A stretch of 32,000 nucleotides of DNA from Mycolicibacterium smegmatis (GCF_001457595.1 NZ_LN831039.1:900001-932000), one strand, 5' to 3'. Positions 1-13,540 are shown, counted from the stretch's first letter. Translations and numbers: made by a program. Notes: generated by a model from the letters alone, not told the origin.

Positions 1-686
1 CGGAACAGGTCGTAGGCGTATTCGAACGGCCTGCCCGTGTCGTCGCGGGTCACCCGCGTGATCGCCAGCAGCGGTTTGCGATGCGCGACATCGAGCCACT
101 GGGCCTCGCGGGGGCTGGCGCTGACCACCTCGATGGTCTCGGTCGTGGTGGCGGGTGTCAGACCGTAGCGCACCTGCAGCAGTTCGTAGAGCGACCCGCC
201 GAGCGGCTGTTCCAGCAGGTCGTTCATGCGTCCGGCGACGAAGCAGGCGAGGTCCACCGACAGGGGCACCCCGTCGGCGAACCGCAACCGCCGGATCGTG
301 AAAATGTCTGTGCCCAGGGGCACTTCGAGGGCCTCGGCCTCGATGGCGGTCGCGGGCCTGCGGTCGGTGCCCAGTACACGGCTGGTGCTGGTGTGCCCGC
401 CGCTGTGCAGGCGTGCGGGCAGACCGACCAGCTCGGCGGCATTGCGCTGCACCACGTCGGCCCGCACGAACGTGCCGCCGTTGCGGCCGGTGCGACGCTC
501 CAGCACACCGGCCTGGCTCAACGGCAGCAGGGCGCTGCGCAGGGTGGACCGCGACACCGCGAAGGTCTCCGCCATCTCGCGCTCGGTGCCCAGCCGCGAA
601 CCCGGACGCAGCATGCCCTGGGCCAGCATCGACAAAATCCGGCGGCGTACGTCTTCGGCCACCGGACCGCCCGACGTCTCCTCCAT
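1..686 (-). CDS. GntR-family transcriptional regulator with UTRA (HutC-like) effector domain, C-terminus beyond window
   Basis: Reverse-complement open frame from ATG at 686: MEETSGGPVAEDVRRRILSMLAQGMLRPGSRLGTEREMAETFAVSRSTLRSALLPLSQAGVLERRTGRNGGTFV..., a winged-helix GntR pattern. It is followed by a UTRA-like segment (...GTDIFTIRRLRFADGVPLSVDLACFVGRRMNDLLEQPLGGSLYELL...). Not in the ORF track because it runs off the left edge. Confidence 0.85.
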   Translation of the reverse strand, partial: MEETSGGPVAEDVRRRILSMLAQGMLRPGSRLGTEREMAETFAVSRSTLRSALLPLSQAGVLERRTGRNGGTFVRADVVQRNAAELVGLPARLHSGGHTSTSRVLGTDRRPATAIEAEALEVPLGTDIFTIRRLRFADGVPLSVDLACFVAGRMNDLLEQPLGGSLYELLQVRYGLTPATTTETIEVVSASPREAQWLDVAHRKPLLAITRVTRDDTGRPFEYAYDLF

Positions 687-694
687 GGCCGGTG

Positions 695-1471
695 CTACGT
701 CGCGATCGCGTCCAGGGACTCGGGCAGCACCTGTCCACCGTCGACGGCGATGGCCTGACCGGTGATGTAGCCGGCCTCCTTGGTGGCCAGGAACGCCGCG
801 AGGTGGCCGATGTCCTCCGGGGTGCCCAGCGCGCCCGCGGGGATGGAGCGCGCCATGCTCGCGATGTACTCCTCGCCGTTCTCCAGCAGACCCTCGGTCA
901 TGATGTTGCCGGGCATGATCGCGTTGACGGTGATCTTGTGCGTCGCCAATTCGATTGCGGCCGTGCGCATGAAGCCCAACTGCGCGGCCTTGGTGGCGCC
1001 GTAGTGCGACCAGCCGGGGTACCCGGTGATGGGACCGGTGATCGACGACGTCAGCACCACGCGCCCGCTGCCCGACGCGATCAGCGCGTCCAGGCAGGCC
1101 TGTACCGCGTAGAACGTGCCGTTGACGTTGACCGCGAAGATCCCGTTGAGCTGCTCGGGCGTCATGGTGGCCAGCGGCGCGTCGGGGAAGACGCCCGCGT
1201 TGGCGCACACGACGTCGATGCCACCGAACTCCTCAACGGCGCGCCCGGCGAGCGCATCGCACTGGGCGCGGTCGCTGACATCGGTCTGCACGCCGATGAC
1301 CTTGCCGGAACCCAACTGGTCGAGATCGGCCACACACGCGTCGATGTCGGCGGTCGAACGGCCCGCCACCGCCACATTGGCGCCGGCCCGCGCGAACACC
1401 GTGGCGATGCCGCGGCCGATGCCCTTGGTGCCGCCGGTGACCACCACTGAGCGGCCCTGCAGGTCGAACAT
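695..1471 (-). CDS. Short-chain dehydrogenase/reductase (SDR)
   Basis: [30 protein letters not shown]...; TGGTKGIG cofactor motif, YGATKAA catalytic motif. Strong RBS AAGGAG just upstream of ATG 1471; alternative in-frame ATG at 1486. Confidence 0.93.
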   Translation of the reverse strand: MFDLQGRSVVVTGGTKGIGRGIATVFARAGANVAVAGRSTADIDACVADLDQLGSGKVIGVQTDVSDRAQCDALAGRAVEEFGGIDVVCANAGVFPDAPLATMTPEQLNGIFAVNVNGTFYAVQACLDALIASGSGRVVLTSSITGPITGYPGWSHYGATKAAQLGFMRTAAIELATHKITVNAIMPGNIMTEGLLENGEEYIASMARSIPAGALGTPEDIGHLAAFLATKEAGYITGQAIAVDGGQVLPESLDAIAT

Positions 1472-1482
1472 GTTTCTCCTTG

Positions 1483-2520
1483 TCATGCTGTCGGGGTGAG
1501 GGGTGACGCAAAAACCGCGTCCTGTAGCCAGCTTTGGTCGCCGAGGTAACGCTCGGCCAGACGCGCGGTGCCGCGCGCATAGTCGGCGCCGACGGAGATC
1601 GCGGCGTCGGCGTCGGCGTGCGAGGCGATCCACGCCGTCAACTGCACACGACGCAGCATGACGAACGTCGGGATCAACGCCAGGTGCTCCTCGGACAGCA
1701 CCCGCACCGCCTGGTATCCGCGCAGCCAGTCGGCGATCATGGCGTCGGCCTCCGGGGTGTCCTCGAGCCACGACACCACAGCGGCCAGATCGGCCAGATG
1801 CCAGCCCCAGCCGCAGTCGTCGAAATCGATCACGGTGATGCCCGCGCCCGGCGAGGACGGGTCGACCATGAGGTTGGACAGCCGCAGGTCGGCATGGATG
1901 AGCCCGAACCGGTCCGAACCGGTGCCGAATTTGCTGATCCGCGAGGTGATCTCGGTCACGGCGCGCTCGATCGCCGCTGTGTCGCCCTTGGTGAGCGCCG
2001 GCGCGTCACGCCAGTTGCCCCAGCGGGCGTCGGGACCGAGGATCGCGTCGAGATCCCAACCGAACCGCGTGAACGACGCGGGCGCGGTCCAGCTCTGGGC
2101 GTGATCGTGCATGATCGCCGTCAACTCGCCGAGTTCGGCGAACCCCACGACGTCGGGCGCCTCCTCGGCCGTGCACCCAGGCACGAAGCTCACGGCGTCG
2201 ACGTAGAGGGTGCGGTCGCCGACGGTGGCCGCGACCACCTGATCGCCGCCTTGGGCTGCCACGAGTTCCGGTGTCCTGACAGTGGTTTCGCGTCGCAACG
2301 CGGCCATCCAGGCCAGTTCGGAGGTGATGCCTGCCACCGAGTGGTAGTCGGGGCGGTGCACGCGCAGCACCAATGGCTCGGTGTCACCGCCCGGCTCGCC
2401 GGCCAGATACGTCGCGTTCTCCGACAGGCTGAGCAAGCGCAGCGGGGTGTTCGGATCGCGCTGGTAGGCGCCCAGTGCGGCGCGCGCGAACAGTTCGTGG
2501 TCAGCTGGAAGTCCCGGCAT
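1483..2520 (-). CDS. Aminoglycoside-phosphotransferase-fold (APH/CHK-like) small-molecule kinase
   Basis: ORF 1483..2727 trimmed to ATG 2520 ([22 protein letters not shown]...). Contains the APH catalytic pattern [15 protein letters not shown] and [17 protein letters not shown]. Confidence 0.85.
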   Translation of the reverse strand: MPGLPADHELFARAALGAYQRDPNTPLRLLSLSENATYLAGEPGGDTEPLVLRVHRPDYHSVAGITSELAWMAALRRETTVRTPELVAAQGGDQVVAATVGDRTLYVDAVSFVPGCTAEEAPDVVGFAELGELTAIMHDHAQSWTAPASFTRFGWDLDAILGPDARWGNWRDAPALTKGDTAAIERAVTEITSRISKFGTGSDRFGLIHADLRLSNLMVDPSSPGAGITVIDFDDCGWGWHLADLAAVVSWLEDTPEADAMIADWLRGYQAVRVLSEEHLALIPTFVMLRRVQLTAWIASHADADAAISVGADYARGTARLAERYLGDQSWLQDAVFASPLTPTA

Positions 2521-2533
2521 GTCGAAGAGTGTG

Positions 2534-2736
2534 GACCAAAAGCCGAACCAGAGCAGACCAAATCGAGAATTTTTACGCTGCCGTTGCATGGCTCCCAGCT
2601 TCGAAACATGTTTGCAACAAACCCGCATATGTACAGGTAATTCCAAGTTGACCAACGAATCTGGGCGCGGTAACAATTGCCAGCGTCGCAGCACAACGTC
2701 GTCGGCGACATTCTCAGACCAGACCAAAAAATGGTC
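2534..2736. promoter_or_regulatory. Divergent regulatory region with repeated GACCAAA half-sites and a GACCA-N5-TGGTC palindrome
   Basis: GACCAAA at 2534-2540, 2556-2562 and 2722-2728; GACCA AAAAA TGGTC at 2722-2736, between the kinase (-) and the permease (+). Confidence 0.4.
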
Positions 2737-2774
2737 CGGTAATTTCCCTGTTCAGGGACGGATTAGGACCCTCA

Positions 2775-4352
2775 ATGAGCGAGATCATCGATCCGTCGGC
2801 GCCAGGAAAAGCGCCGAGCGGAAAGTCTTCAGAAGCCATCCAGCGCCTCAAACCCAATGCGGTGGGCCTGGTGGGCGTCATGTTCATGGCGGTGGCCACC
2901 GCCGCCCCCATCACCGCCATGGTCGGCAACGTCCCCATCGCGGTGGGCTTCGGCAACGGCGCGTACGCGCCCGCCGGTTACTTCGTCGCGACCATCGTGC
3001 TGACGCTGTTCGCCATCGGCTACGCCGCGATGAGCAAGCACATCACCGCGACCGGCGCGTTCTACGGCTACATCAGCCACGGTCTCGGCCGCATCGTCGG
3101 CCTGGGCGCCGGATTCCTGACGGCGTTGGCCTACATGGTCTTCGAGGCCTCGTTGATCGGCATCTTCTCGTTCTTCGGCAACGACCTGTTCAAATCGTTC
3201 TTCGATGTCGACGTGCCGTGGATCGTGTTCGCGGTGGTCATGCTCGCGGTCAACACGGTGCTGACCTACTTCGACATCAACCTCGCGGCCAAGGTGCTCG
3301 GGGTGTTCCTCATCACCGAGATCGTGATGCTGGCCCTGATGGCGCTGTCGGTGGTGTTCACCGGCGGTGGCCCGCAGGGTTGGTCACTCGGATCGCTCAA
3401 CCCGCTCAACGGTTTTCAGAGCCTCACCGGTGAGGTCGCGGGCACGGACGGCAGCATGATCGCCGTCGCCGGATCCGCCGGCGTGGGCCTGTTCTTCGCG
3501 TTCTGGTCCTGGGTGGGCTTCGAGTCGAGCGCCATGTACGGCGAGGAGTCGCGCAACCCCAAGAAGATCATCCCGATCGCGGTCGTCAGCTCGGTGATCG
3601 GTATCGGCGCGTTCTACGTCATCGTGTCGTGGTTGGCGATCGTCGGCACCGGTCCGCAGAATGCCATTGCCCTGGCACAGGATTCGGAGACCGCGGGCAA
3701 CATCTTCTTCAACCCCGTGCACGAGCACCTGGGGACCTGGGCGGTCGATCTGTTCAAGATCCTGCTGATGACGGGATCGTTCGCGTGCGGCATGGCGTTC
3801 CACAACTGCGCGGCCCGCTACCTCTACGCCATAGGCCGCGAGAATGTCGTCCCCGGTATGCGCAAGACCATCGGCGCGACCCACCCGGTGCACGGTTCGC
3901 CGTACATCGCCGGGTTCGTCCAGACCGCGTTCGCGGCCGTGGTGGTGCTGTTCTTCGACCTCAGCGGCCGTGATCCCTACACCGAGTTGTACGGGCTGAT
4001 GGCCCTGCTGGGCACCACTGCGATCATGATCGTGCAGGCGCTGGCGGCGTTCTCGGTGATCTCCTACTTCCATGTGCACAAGCGGCACCCGGAGACCGCC
4101 CATTGGTTCAAGACGTTCCTCGCGCCGCTTCTGGGCGGCACGGGCATGCTCTATGTGATCTACCTGCTGGCCAAGAACGCGTCGTTCGCCGCGGGCGATG
4201 CCGCGACCGACTGGATCTTCGCCGCGATCCCGTATGTTGTTGGCATCGTCGGAATCGGCGGAGTGCTGCTGGCGCTGTTCTTGAAGTTCAAGGACCCCAA
4301 CCGCTATGCCGAACTCGGCCGCACCGTGTTGCAGGAATCACACGAACGCTGA
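2775..4352 (+). CDS. APC-superfamily amino acid/amine permease
   Basis: 525 aa, about 12 hydrophobic helices, MSEIIDPSAP...NAVGLVGVMFMAVATAAPITAMVGNVPIAVGFGNGAYAPAGYFVATIVLTLFAIGYAAM..., typical APC N-terminus. Confidence 0.9.
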   Translation: MSEIIDPSAPGKAPSGKSSEAIQRLKPNAVGLVGVMFMAVATAAPITAMVGNVPIAVGFGNGAYAPAGYFVATIVLTLFAIGYAAMSKHITATGAFYGYISHGLGRIVGLGAGFLTALAYMVFEASLIGIFSFFGNDLFKSFFDVDVPWIVFAVVMLAVNTVLTYFDINLAAKVLGVFLITEIVMLALMALSVVFTGGGPQGWSLGSLNPLNGFQSLTGEVAGTDGSMIAVAGSAGVGLFFAFWSWVGFESSAMYGEESRNPKKIIPIAVVSSVIGIGAFYVIVSWLAIVGTGPQNAIALAQDSETAGNIFFNPVHEHLGTWAVDLFKILLMTGSFACGMAFHNCAARYLYAIGRENVVPGMRKTIGATHPVHGSPYIAGFVQTAFAAVVVLFFDLSGRDPYTELYGLMALLGTTAIMIVQALAAFSVISYFHVHKRHPETAHWFKTFLAPLLGGTGMLYVIYLLAKNASFAAGDAATDWIFAAIPYVVGIVGIGGVLLALFLKFKDPNRYAELGRTVLQESHER

Positions 4353-4409
4353 CAGAGGGTGCGGGCCGAGGTTGTGACAACTGACATGGGTACGAAAGGG
4401 GTTGGGAAC

Positions 4410-5732
4410 ATGAGGTTTTCCAACATCATGGATTCCAACAGCTACACGGGTGATCAGTCGATCGACCCGGGTACCGAGCAGTTGATCTCGGCCCGCACCC
4501 GGCTGCTCGGGCCGGCGTACCGGTTGTTCTACGAACGGCCGGTGCACCTGGTCCGCGGCCGCGGCAGCCACATGTTCGACGCCGACGGCGTGCGCTACCT
4601 CGACGCCTACAACAACGTCGTCAGCGTCGGGCACTGCCATCCTCACGTCGTGGCCCAGGTGACCCGGCAACTGGAAACCCTCAACACCCACACCCGCTAC
4701 CTGCACGACGGCATCGTCGCGTACTCGGAGCGGTTGCTGGCGACCATGCCCGACGAGGTCGACCAGGTGATGTACGCGTGCACGGGATCCGAGGCCAACG
4801 ATCTCGCGCTGCGCGTCGCGCAGATGTACACCGGCGCGCGCGGAGTGATCGTCACGCGTGACGCCTATCACGGCAATACCGAAGCGGTGACGGCGATTTC
4901 GCCGTCCATCGGCGGCGAGACGGTGACCGGGCCGCACGTGCGCACCGTCCCCGCGCCCGACAGCTACCGGGCGGGAGACGACGTGGCGGCGCGGTTCCGC
5001 GCCGACGTCGAGGCCGCCATCGCCGACCTGCAGCGCTGCGGCCACGGCGTCAGCGCTCTGATCGTCGACACCTTCTTCTCGTCGGACGGCATCTACCCGG
5101 ACACCTCGGTGCTCGCACCCGCCGTGGAAGCCGTGCGCGCTGCCGGCGGCGTCTTCATCGCCGACGAGGTGCAGCCCGGCTTCGGGCGCACCGGCGACGA
5201 CATGTGGGGTTTCGCGCGCCACAACGTGGTGCCCGACCTGGTGACCATGGGCAAACCGATGGCCAACGGGCTGCCGGTCGCCGCGATGGCCGCGCGCAGT
5301 GCCGTGCTGGAACCGTTCGCCGTCGGCGTGCCCTACTTCAACACCTTCGGCGGCAACCCCGTGTCGATGGCGGCGGCCGCCGCGGTGCTCGACGTCATCG
5401 AGAACGAGGAACTGGTGACCAGCGCGGCAACCGTCGGCGCCGCGCTGCGCCACGAGCTCACCCGCATCACCGCCGACCATCCGCACATCGGCGACGTCCG
5501 CGGCGCCGGGCTGTACGTCGGCGTCGAGTTGGTCGAGGACCGCGACGCCGCCACGCCGGACCGCACCCGCGCCCACGACCTGGTCAACGAGATGCGTGAT
5601 CGGCACGTCCTGATCTCGGTGTGCGGCACCTACGGCAACGTTCTCAAGATCAGGCCGCCGCTGGTGTTCTCGATGGCCGACGTCGACTGGTTCTGCACGG
5701 AGTTTGCGGGGGCGCTGGCACATCTGCCCTGA
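4410..5732 (+). CDS. Class-III PLP-dependent aminotransferase-family enzyme, possibly a phospho-lyase (AGXT2L/ETNPPL-like)
   Basis: MRFSNIMDSNSYTGDQSIDPGTEQLISARTRLLG...YLDAYNNVVSVGHCHPHVVAQVTRQLETLNTHTRYLHDGIVAYSERL...SGSEAN-like TGSEANDLALR...IADEVQPGFGRTG...VTMGKPMANG. RBS-like AAAGGGG upstream of ATG 4410. Confidence 0.85.
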   Translation: MRFSNIMDSNSYTGDQSIDPGTEQLISARTRLLGPAYRLFYERPVHLVRGRGSHMFDADGVRYLDAYNNVVSVGHCHPHVVAQVTRQLETLNTHTRYLHDGIVAYSERLLATMPDEVDQVMYACTGSEANDLALRVAQMYTGARGVIVTRDAYHGNTEAVTAISPSIGGETVTGPHVRTVPAPDSYRAGDDVAARFRADVEAAIADLQRCGHGVSALIVDTFFSSDGIYPDTSVLAPAVEAVRAAGGVFIADEVQPGFGRTGDDMWGFARHNVVPDLVTMGKPMANGLPVAAMAARSAVLEPFAVGVPYFNTFGGNPVSMAAAAAVLDVIENEELVTSAATVGAALRHELTRITADHPHIGDVRGAGLYVGVELVEDRDAATPDRTRAHDLVNEMRDRHVLISVCGTYGNVLKIRPPLVFSMADVDWFCTEFAGALAHLP

Positions 5733-5753
5733 CCAAGTGGGATGCTGTAGGTC

Positions 5754-7832
5754 GTGCCCGAGGGAGAAGCAGCCACCGCGATCTACATCGCCTCACCCGA
5801 GGGCGACACCGGTAAGTCGACGATCGCGCTGGGCATCCTGCACCGGTTGGCCGCGACCGTGCCCAAGGTCGGGGTGTTCCGCCCCATCACGCGGCTGGGC
5901 GAGGACCGCGACTACATCCTGGAGCTGCTACTGGCGGGAACCACCGCCGGGTTGCCCTACGAAGACTGCGTCGGCGTCAGCTACCAGCAGGTTCACGAGG
6001 ATCCCGACGCCGCGATCGCCGAGATCGTCGATCGGTACCACCGCGTCGCCGACCAGTGCGACGCGGTGCTGATCGTCGGCAGCGACTACACCGACATCGC
6101 CACCCCCAGCGAACTGAGCATGAACGCGCGCATCGCGGTCAACCTCGGCGCGCCCGTCGTCCTCGCCGTCAAGGCCGCCGACCGCACCCCCGACGAGGTG
6201 GTCCACGTCGTCGAGGTGTGCCTCGCCGAACTGGCCGGCCAGCACGCACACACCTCGGCCGTCGTCGCCAACCGCTGCGATCCGGCACAGTTGACGGCCG
6301 TGTCCGAGGCGCTGCGCCCGCTCGGACCGCCGGCCTACGTGCTGCCCGAGGAGCCGCTGTTGGTGGCGCCGTCGGTTGCTGAGCTGCAGAAAGCCGTCGA
6401 CGGCACGGTCGTGGCGGGCGATCCCGCGCTGCTCTCGCGCGAGGCGCTCGGCGTGCTGGTGGCCGGCATGACCGCCGAACACGTGCTGGAACGCCTCACC
6501 GAAGGCGTCGCCGTCGTCACCCCCGGTGACCGCTCCGACGTGGTGCTCGCGGTGGTCAGCGCCCACGCCGCCGAGGGCTTCCCGTCGCTGTCGACGATCA
6601 TCCTCAACGGCGGCCTCGACCTGCACCCGGCGATCGCCAAGCTGGTGGACGGGCTGGGCCTCAAGCTGCCGATCATCGCGACGCCGTACGGCACGTTCGA
6701 GACCGCGAGCCGTGTCGCATCCGCGCGCGGCCGGGTGACCTCGACGTCGCAGCGCAAGATCGACACCGCGCTGCAGATCATGGAACGTCACGTCGACATC
6801 GACGACCTGCTGGCACGGCTGCGGCTGCCGATCCCCGAGGTCACGACGCCGCAGATGTTCACCTACCAGCTGCTGGACCGGGCCCGCGCCGACCGCAAGC
6901 GCATCGTGCTGCCCGAAGGCGACGACGACCGCATCCTCAAGGCCGCAGGCCGGCTGCTGCGACGCGGCGTCGCCGACCTGACCATCCTCGGCGACGAGAG
7001 CCAGATCCGCTCGCGCGGTGCGGAACTCGGTGTCGACCTGACGAACGCCACCGTGCTCAATCCACGCACCAGCGACCTGTGCGACCAGTTCGCGCAGCAG
7101 TACGCCGAACTGCGCAAGCACAAGGGCATCACCGTCGACCAGGCCCGCGAGATCATCAACGACGTGTCCTACTTCGGCACCATGCTGGTGCACAACGACA
7201 TGGTCGACGGCATGGTCTCCGGCGCCGCCCACACCACCGCCCACACCGTGCGGCCCGCGTTCGAGATCATCAAGACCCTGCCGGATGTGTCCACCGTGTC
7301 CAGCATCTTCCTGATGTGCCTGCAGGATCGCGTACTCGCCTACGGCGACTGCGCGATCGTGCCCGACCCGACGGCTGAGGAGCTGGCCGACATCGCGATC
7401 TCGTCGGCGCGCACCGCAGCACAGTTCGGCATCGAACCCCGCGTGGCGATGCTGTCCTATTCGACCGGCACCTCAGGCACCGGGGCCGACGTCGACAAGG
7501 TCAGGGCGGCAACAGAACTGGTGCGTGAGAGGGACAAGACGTTGCTCGTGGAAGGGCCCATCCAGTACGACGCGGCGGTCGAACCGTCGGTGGCCAAGAC
7601 CAAGATGCCCGATTCGGAGGTGGCGGGGCGCGCGACCGTGTTGATCTTCCCCGACCTCAACACCGGCAACAACACGTACAAGGCCGTGCAACGCAGCGCG
7701 GGTGCCATCGCGATCGGCCCTGTGCTGCAAGGGCTCAACAAGCCCGTCAACGACCTGTCCCGAGGCGCGCTGGTGGAGGACATCGTCAACACCGTCGCCA
7801 TCACCGCGATCCAGGCGCAGGGCCGGTCGTGA
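5754..7832 (+). CDS. pta: Phosphate acetyltransferase with N-terminal BioD/P-loop-like domain
   Basis: 692 aa from GTG 5754; N-terminal P-loop [17 protein letters not shown]-terminal PTA domain ([33 protein letters not shown]...[23 protein letters not shown]). Stop overlaps ackA start. Confidence 0.95.
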   Translation: MPEGEAATAIYIASPEGDTGKSTIALGILHRLAATVPKVGVFRPITRLGEDRDYILELLLAGTTAGLPYEDCVGVSYQQVHEDPDAAIAEIVDRYHRVADQCDAVLIVGSDYTDIATPSELSMNARIAVNLGAPVVLAVKAADRTPDEVVHVVEVCLAELAGQHAHTSAVVANRCDPAQLTAVSEALRPLGPPAYVLPEEPLLVAPSVAELQKAVDGTVVAGDPALLSREALGVLVAGMTAEHVLERLTEGVAVVTPGDRSDVVLAVVSAHAAEGFPSLSTIILNGGLDLHPAIAKLVDGLGLKLPIIATPYGTFETASRVASARGRVTSTSQRKIDTALQIMERHVDIDDLLARLRLPIPEVTTPQMFTYQLLDRARADRKRIVLPEGDDDRILKAAGRLLRRGVADLTILGDESQIRSRGAELGVDLTNATVLNPRTSDLCDQFAQQYAELRKHKGITVDQAREIINDVSYFGTMLVHNDMVDGMVSGAAHTTAHTVRPAFEIIKTLPDVSTVSSIFLMCLQDRVLAYGDCAIVPDPTAEELADIAISSARTAAQFGIEPRVAMLSYSTGTSGTGADVDKVRAATELVRERDKTLLVEGPIQYDAAVEPSVAKTKMPDSEVAGRATVLIFPDLNTGNNTYKAVQRSAGAIAIGPVLQGLNKPVNDLSRGALVEDIVNTVAITAIQAQGRS

Positions 7833-8959
7833 CAGTACTCGTCGTCAACTCAGGGTCGTCGTCGCTGAAATACGCCGTGGTGCGGCCGGCCAGCGGGGAA
7901 TTCCTGGCCGACGGCATCATCGAGGAGATCGGGTCGGGCGCGGTGCCCGACCATGACGCCGCGTTGCGCGCCGCGTTCGACGAACTCGCCGCCGCGGGTC
8001 TCCATCTGGAAGACCTCGATCTGAAGGCCGTCGGGCACCGGATGGTCCACGGCGGCAAGACGTTCTACAAGCCGTCGGTGGTCGACGACGAGCTCATCGC
8101 CAAGGCGCGCGAACTCTCCCCGCTGGCGCCGCTGCACAACCCGCCCGCCATCAAGGGCATCGAGGTCGCGCGCAAGCTACTGCCGAACCTGCCGCACATC
8201 GCGGTGTTCGACACCGCGTTCTTCCACAACCTGCCCGCGGCGGCGTGCACCTACGCCATCGACCACGAGGTCGCCGAGAAGTGGCACGTCAAGCGGTACG
8301 GCTTCCACGGCACATCCCATGAATACGTCAGCCAGCAGGCCGCAATCTTCCTCGACCGACCGCTGGAATCGCTGAATCAGATTGTGCTGCACCTGGGTAA
8401 CGGTGCATCGGCCAGCGCGGTCGCGGGCGGCAAGGCCGTCGACACGTCGATGGGGCTCACGCCGATGGAGGGCCTGGTGATGGGTACCCGCAGCGGTGAC
8501 ATCGACCCCGGCGCGATCATGTACCTGTGGCGCGCCGCGGGGATGAGCGTCGAGGACATCGAGTCGATGCTCAACCGGCGCTCCGGCGTGCTCGGCCTCG
8601 GTGGCGCCAGCGACTTCCGCAAGCTCCGCGAGCTCATGGATTCCGGTGACACCCACGCGAAACTGGCCTACGACGTCTACATCCACCGACTGCGCAAGTA
8701 CATCGGCGCGTACATGGCCGTGCTCGGTACCACCGACGTCATCAGCTTCACCGCAGGCGTCGGCGAGAACGCCCCGTCGGTCCGCCATGACGCGCTCGCC
8801 GGGCTGAGCGGTCTGGGAATCGAGATCGACGACGAGCTGAACTCTGCGAAATCCGATGAGCCCCGCCGCATCTCGACCCCGGATTCGCGTGTGACCGTGC
8901 TCGTGGTGCCCACCAACGAGGAACTCGCGATCGCCCGTGCGTGTGTGGGCGTGGTGTAG
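7829..8959 (+). CDS. ackA: Acetate kinase
   Basis: [18 protein letters not shown]...GHRMVHGG...[10 protein letters not shown]-like...[13 protein letters not shown]...[12 protein letters not shown]...[24 protein letters not shown]; 4-nt GTGA overlap with pta. Confidence 0.97.
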   Translation: MTVLVVNSGSSSLKYAVVRPASGEFLADGIIEEIGSGAVPDHDAALRAAFDELAAAGLHLEDLDLKAVGHRMVHGGKTFYKPSVVDDELIAKARELSPLAPLHNPPAIKGIEVARKLLPNLPHIAVFDTAFFHNLPAAACTYAIDHEVAEKWHVKRYGFHGTSHEYVSQQAAIFLDRPLESLNQIVLHLGNGASASAVAGGKAVDTSMGLTPMEGLVMGTRSGDIDPGAIMYLWRAAGMSVEDIESMLNRRSGVLGLGGASDFRKLRELMDSGDTHAKLAYDVYIHRLRKYIGAYMAVLGTTDVISFTAGVGENAPSVRHDALAGLSGLGIEIDDELNSAKSDEPRRISTPDSRVTVLVVPTNEELAIARACVGVV

Positions 8960-8970
8960 CTCGTTTTGCG

Positions 8971-9023
8971 TCGAGTGTGCGTGTGGGGCGGGTTTTCAGC
9001 TGGCTTTCCGCCGTGAGCGCACG
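8971..9023. repeat. Degenerate single copy of the 82-bp repeat, overlapping the 3' end of the DUF559 gene
   Basis: TCGAGTGTGCGTGTGGGGCGGG...CTTTCCGCCGTGAGCGCACG matches TCGAGTGTGCGTGTGGGGCGGG...TTTTCCGCCGTGGGTGCACG at 9957, same orientation. Confidence 0.75.
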
Positions 9024-9865
9024 CTGGATTGCCTGGCGGTCAACGCAGTCCGGATTCTGCGGAGGATTTCGGCGGTGCCGTCCTCGGCGACCACACGGAT
9101 CACGATCCAGCCGAGTTCAGCGAGCAGCTCGAGGCGCCGGATGTCCCTGACGTACTGCCGTCGATCGGTGCGGTGCTGATCTCCGTCGTACTCCACAGCG
9201 ACCATCCACTCCTCCCAACCCATGTCGAGATAGGCCAGCGGTGTACCGTCATCCGCCAACACCGGGATCTGGGTGGTGGGCTTGGGAAGCCCGTCACGGA
9301 CGATGAGCAGACGCAGCCAGGTTTCTTTCGGGGATTGTGCGCCGGCATCAACCAATGGCAGCGTCGCCTCCAGCCGACGCAGACCGCGTGCGCCGCGATG
9401 GCGGTTGGCGAGATCCGCGATGTCGGCGACCGTGCACCCCGTGGCTCGGAGCAGCGCGTCGAGGTGGGCGACTCCGCGATTCGTCGGCGAACGGCGTCCG
9501 ATGTCGAAAGCTGTTCTGGCAGAAGATGTCAGCAGCATCCCGCCGATGACGACCGTCTCGCCAGGGAGCAGGGTGTCGCGTCGGGTCGTGATGCCACGCG
9601 GTTGGCGCGGGTTGTCGTGGATGAGGTCAATGGGAATTGACGGGTCGATCCATTTGGCGCCGTGCAATGCCGCAGCGGCGGGCCCGGCGATGACAGCGCG
9701 GCGGCCGGACCACAGCCACGCGCCGACGGTCCGCTGCTCAAGTGTCGGCTCGGAGGTCTTGGGCACATACACATTGGGATACAGCGTTCTGAATCGCGTG
9801 CGCAGTTGATGGCGGTTCAATGTGCCGTCGGCAAGGGCTTCACTGCCGAGGAATGGTGCGGTCAT
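8996..9865 (-). CDS. DUF559 (Vsr-like nuclease fold) protein with AbiEi/type IV antitoxin-like N-terminus
   Basis: MTAPFLGSEALADGTLNRHQLRTRFRTLYPNVYVPK...(AbiEi-like N-terminus); C-terminal VAVEYDGDQHRTDRRQYVRDIRRLELLAELGWIVIRVVAED is the DUF559 signature. Confidence 0.8.
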   Translation of the reverse strand: MTAPFLGSEALADGTLNRHQLRTRFRTLYPNVYVPKTSEPTLEQRTVGAWLWSGRRAVIAGPAAAALHGAKWIDPSIPIDLIHDNPRQPRGITTRRDTLLPGETVVIGGMLLTSSARTAFDIGRRSPTNRGVAHLDALLRATGCTVADIADLANRHRGARGLRRLEATLPLVDAGAQSPKETWLRLLIVRDGLPKPTTQIPVLADDGTPLAYLDMGWEEWMVAVEYDGDQHRTDRRQYVRDIRRLELLAELGWIVIRVVAEDGTAEILRRIRTALTARQSSVRSRRKAS

Positions 9866-9956
9866 GGCCGCAGAATTGCAGCGCTTGCCGACACATCGCT
9901 GCGCGCGTGAGTGATTTATCCACAGCTCGGACGTTCATCCACAGGTGCACTATCTG

Positions 9957-10191
9957 TCGAGTGTGCGTGTGGGGCGGGCTTGGGCGTGTTTTTCCGCCGT
10001 GGGTGCACGGTCGACATATGGGTGGGCTGGGCGTCGCATCGAGTGTGCGTGTGGGGCGGGCTTGGGCGTGATTTTCCGCCTTGGGCGCACGGTCGACGTG
10101 TGGGTGGGCCGAGCATCGCATCGAGCGTGCGTGTGGGGCGGGCTTGGGCGTGTTTTTCCGCCATGAAAGCACGGTCGACGTGTGGGTTGAG

Positions 10192-10193
<2 letters not shown>
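9957..10193. repeat. 82-bp direct tandem repeat, about 2.9 copies
   Basis: Unit starts TCGAG(T/C)GTGCGTGTGGGGCGGGCTTGGGCGTG... at 9957, 10039 and 10121 (period exactly 82). Confidence 0.95.
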
Positions 10194-13442
<3,249 letters not shown>

Positions 13443-13540
13443 CGGTGGTCTCTTCTTCGCGCAAGCGCTCATCAGTGCTGGTCTCTTCTTCGCGCAAGCG
13501 CTCATCAGTGCTTGTCTCTTCTTCGCGCAAGCGCTCATCA
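13443..13540 (-). repeat. 33-bp tandem repeat, 3 copies, at the glnX/glnH junction
   Basis: + strand TCTCTTCTTCGCGCAAGCGCTCATC begins at 13449, 13482 and 13515 (period 33). On the coding strand each unit is ATGAGCGCTTGCGCGAAGAAGAGACCAGCACTG. Confidence 0.95.

Noticed and set aside
2521-2727. N-terminal extension of the kinase ORF to 2727
   Set aside because: Runs through the divergent promoter region; the composition (CCKHVSKLGAMQRQRKNSRFG...) is not like the family N-terminus.
413-5723. Long antisense or out-of-frame ORFs such as 413..1450 (+), 1534..2640 (+), 3384..4103 (-) and 4338..5723 (-)
   Set aside because: They overlap recognisable genes on the other strand and have Arg/His/Gly-rich low-information translations typical of high-GC shadow frames.
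5928-8788. ORFs 5928..7244 (-) and 8177..8788 (-) opposite pta and ackA
   Set aside because: Shadow frames of strongly recognised housekeeping genes, with no domain-like content.
8996-9865. DUF559/AbiEi-like gene as a complete toxin-antitoxin system
   Set aside because: No adjacent AbiEii-like nucleotidyltransferase partner is visible; only the single gene is supported.
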